64,000 nucleotides of DNA. Origin: Octopus sinensis. Lineage: Eukaryota. The DNA lies in assembly GCF_006345805.1 (NCBI RefSeq), contig NC_043003.1, forward strand, positions 99,262,001 through 99,326,000, read 5' to 3'. Positions within the stretch are counted from its first letter, which is position 1; each line of letters begins with the position of its first letter. Below are positions 61,340-64,000 of this stretch, one piece after another. Below the pieces are notes generated by a model. It was not told the DNA's origin and searched no databases. It saw only the letters and a list, made by a program, of their open reading frames with translations. Made by a program: the position numbers and the translations under genes.

Positions 61340-63375
61340 TTTTTTATTCCTTTATGCTTTGAAGGGAGCAGAAATTGAAAGAGAGGAATAAGTGAAAAGA
61401 CAATATTTGCTTTGAAGTAAGAACAGAAAGTGAGAGAGGGGAGAAAGTGAAAGATGCATGCACGTGTATATGAAATGGACATGTGTGTGTGTGCATATGC
61501 GCACGTGTGTGTGTGAAAGAGAGGAAGAGAGAGAGAGAGAAAGTGAAGGTGTGTGCATGTATGTGTTAGTGGCGCTCCCTCTCTCTTTCTCTCTCACACA
61601 AACACACATCTTTCATATACACGTACATAAATACATATGCATATATCTTTTTTGAATGCATGTGTGCGTGTGCATGTGAGAAAGTGAGTAACTGTATTTC
61701 CTCATAGCATATAGAGAAATGGATATCTTTTAATCCCATAATGGGTTATCCTGAGTTTACTCGTGCATCGCAAATGTATCTTTTTAGAACCAGACAAGTA
61801 TACTCAGTCAAAATTAAGTTTTAATTTTAGCACTCAAACGAGTTTATTTATTTTGTGTCATTTCATTTTTGAGTAATCACGAATTTACTCGCCTTGTCGT
61901 ATGCCTGGCAGCACATATTCTGGTGCCATTTCAAAGAATTTATGCTTCTGAGTTTTGAACTTTTACTTCAGTGCATACTCAGATTCAGGAGGAGGCTGGT
62001 GTCATTTTAGAACCGTCTCATTTTGATTCTCTATTATTTATACAAATAAGAGAATTATTTACGCATTTTTTTTTCTCCAAATGGGTGAAGATTTAGATAT
62101 ATTCAGTGACGAAAGCGATTTTTCATTTCACGATCTGGAAAGCTCTGGAGATGAATTATACACGTATCGTTCAGACTGACAATTTTTCAGAAGATAACAA
62201 AGAAAATAATCAGATAGATGCACTTGCATGGCACGAAATCAATTGCTTGTCCGATTCGAAGAGAAAGCAGATACATGTGTGATGTCTGCAAGATAAATTT
62301 GTGCGTAACTCTTTGTTTTAAAAATTATCATTCTAAATAAACTGTCTATGTCATTAAAAAAATTTACCTTTGATTTAAAAGCAATACATCTTATAAAAAA
62401 ATCGAAGATAGTTAAGTTATATGTATATTTTCAATGTCCGAGTTAATTTATTTAAATCCAAATGAGTAAAAAGTACATTTTAATTTCTATAATAAAAAAA
62501 TAAAGAAAAAAAGATAAAAAACTTTTTCGTAATTAACACAGTGTATATAATAAAAAAAAAAAACGCTCTGAAATGAAACGCCATGTCAAAATAATCGATC
62601 CATTAAGGGGTTAAAGTACAGACTCATATAAAAAATGGGACGTCGTAGTCGTCGTCGTGGTATGTCGTTTAGGATAGTTGAATTATAGAACGATTAAAAT
62701 GTTAAAGTTTTGTAATGTAAATATGTAAATGAAAATAAAGTTTATTTGTTAGCCGAAAGATTACTGAATGTTTTGATACCCAATACGTCAAAATTTCTTT
62801 ATGCTTTGAAGAGAGTAGAAATTGAAAGAGAAGAGAAGCCGCTACATTTGCTTTGAAGTGAGAACAGAAAGTGAAAGAGAGGAGAAAGTGCAAGATGTAT
62901 GTATGCATATATAAAATGGTCGTGTGTGTGTGTGCGCGTGTGTGCGTGTGCGTGTGCATGAGAGAGAGGGAGAAGGAGAGAGGTGAGTGAATGAAGGTGT
63001 ATGTTGTGATGTATATGTAAGTGGCATTCACTCGCTCTCTGTCTCACACGCACATCTTTCATATACACATACATAAATACATATGCATACATCTTTTTGT
63101 GTATATGTGTGCGTGTGCTTGTGCATGTGTGTGAGAAAGTGTGAGTGACTGTATTTCATTATAACATATAGAGAAATGGAGTATTTTAAGGTATACACTC
63201 ATATAGAAAATGTGACGTCGTCATCGTTATCGTTGTGGTATAAAATGTTTACAATGGTTGACTTATATAAAAGATTATAATGTAAAACTTTTGTAATGCA
63301 AATATGTAAATGAAAATAAAGTATATTTTGTAGTCGTAAGATTACTGAATCTTTTGGTACCCCATACGTCAAAAT
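61340..63375. repeat. Diverged tandem repeat, unit ~570-600 bp; first unit split by a piggyBac
   Basis: TTTATGCTTTGAAG.GAG.AGAAATTGAAAGAGA..ATTTGCTTTGAAGT.AGAACAGAAAGTGA at 61351 and 62798; GATTACTGAAT.TTTTG.TACCCA.TACGTCAAAAT at 62759 and 63339. Confidence 0.8.
61734..62610 (+). mobile_element. Internally deleted piggyBac transposon
   Basis: TTAA at 61730-33 and 62611-14; TIRs TCCCATAATGGGT / ATCCATTAAGGGG; acidic N-terminus MGEDLDIFSDESDFS (62081) and C-terminal Cys-rich domain CPIRRESRYMCDVCKINLCVTLCFKNYHSK* (62221-62340). Confidence 0.85.
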
Positions 63376-63755
63376 CAGCGACTCAGTTTTCGAATGCATA
63401 AGGAAGATACGCGCGCGCACACACATGCACACACACATACACGCACGCACACATACACACACACGCACACATATACACACACAAAGAAACTCTCTTTTAT
63501 ATATATGGGACATTCTTGTCTGACTAAAATCCCATGCTATAAATTTTCGGTTGGGTATACCTGATGAGTAATTAGTTGATTATTTAAGGAATAAATGAGC
63601 TTAATTTATAAAACTGCATGCATACATACACACATACATATATACATACACACATACATATATACATACAAACATATATATATAATTATATTTTAGGATG
63701 GTAATTTTTTTCTTTCTTCTGTTGTTTATTATTGTTCTCATTTTATGTCCATTGG

Positions 63756-63795
63756 CTGGAAATCTTTTGTCACATACCTGTGATCTCTTCAGCAG
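63756..63795 (-). ncRNA. Hammerhead relic, inverted partner of 63882-63924
   Basis: CTG-CTGAAGA-G-ATCAC aggtat GTGAC-AAA-AGATTT-C-CAG; G12A. Confidence 0.5.
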
Positions 63796-63881
63796 TTTTC
63801 CATCCTACGTGTCTCCTCCTGTTCTGTTTAGTCCATAGAGAATGAATTAAACAGAACAGGAGGAGATACGTGAAAGGGAAA

Positions 63882-63924
63882 GTCGCTGAAGAGGTCACAA
63901 GTGAGTGACGAAAGATTTCCAGAC
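63882..63924 (+). ncRNA. Minimal type I hammerhead candidate
   Basis: GTCG-CTGAAGA-G-GTCAC aagtga GTGAC-GAA-AGATTT-C-CAGAC; 5-bp stem II, UUC cleavage triplet, stem I with a 1-nt bulge. Confidence 0.6.
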
Positions 63925-64000
63925 AATAGACAAGAACAGATATATAGTGCTTGTGTTCATTTGGCAAGAAAAAAACCATCCCGAATATAACAACATTTGT

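Noticed and set aside
63555-63595. CTGATGA followed by a GTAAT/ATTAT stem
   Set aside because: No GAAA or stem III follows.

Overview
Repeat-saturated, AT-rich animal genomic DNA, probably from an octopod cephalopod (inferred from recognisable SINE/MITE families and long (AT)n, (CA)n and (CATA)n tracts). There is a 100-N scaffold gap at 5458-5557. I find no supportable host-gene exon, rRNA, true tRNA or CRISPR array; most track ORFs are microsatellite translations or transposon fragments. Recognisable elements: several Penelope-like retroelements (PLEs), namely one Neptune-type RT+GIY-YIG copy, three copies of a YRDD-type (tentatively Nematis-like) group including a near full-length copy with 1.35-kb pseudo-LTRs and a 5' inversion, and multiple 3'-end fragments; CR1-type and RTE-type LINE fragments; Tc1/mariner elements (mariner, DD37D maT, DD41D rosa, Tc1); piggyBac derivatives; a possible pogo relic; a Helitron-like end; and tRNA-derived SINEs. 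The main signal is a dense set of type I hammerhead ribozyme (HHR) folds in PLE 3'/pLTR sequence, all folded by hand. Five have an intact canonical core, several are relics, and their stem-III sequences differ by family but are almost always palindromic. Most notable is a minimal hammerhead whose core carries a compensated A3:U8 pair in place of the canonical C3:G8. It occurs in two diverged Neptune-type subfamilies (18033-18064; 51727-51760 and 53416-53449) and would be missed by CUGANGA motif searches.
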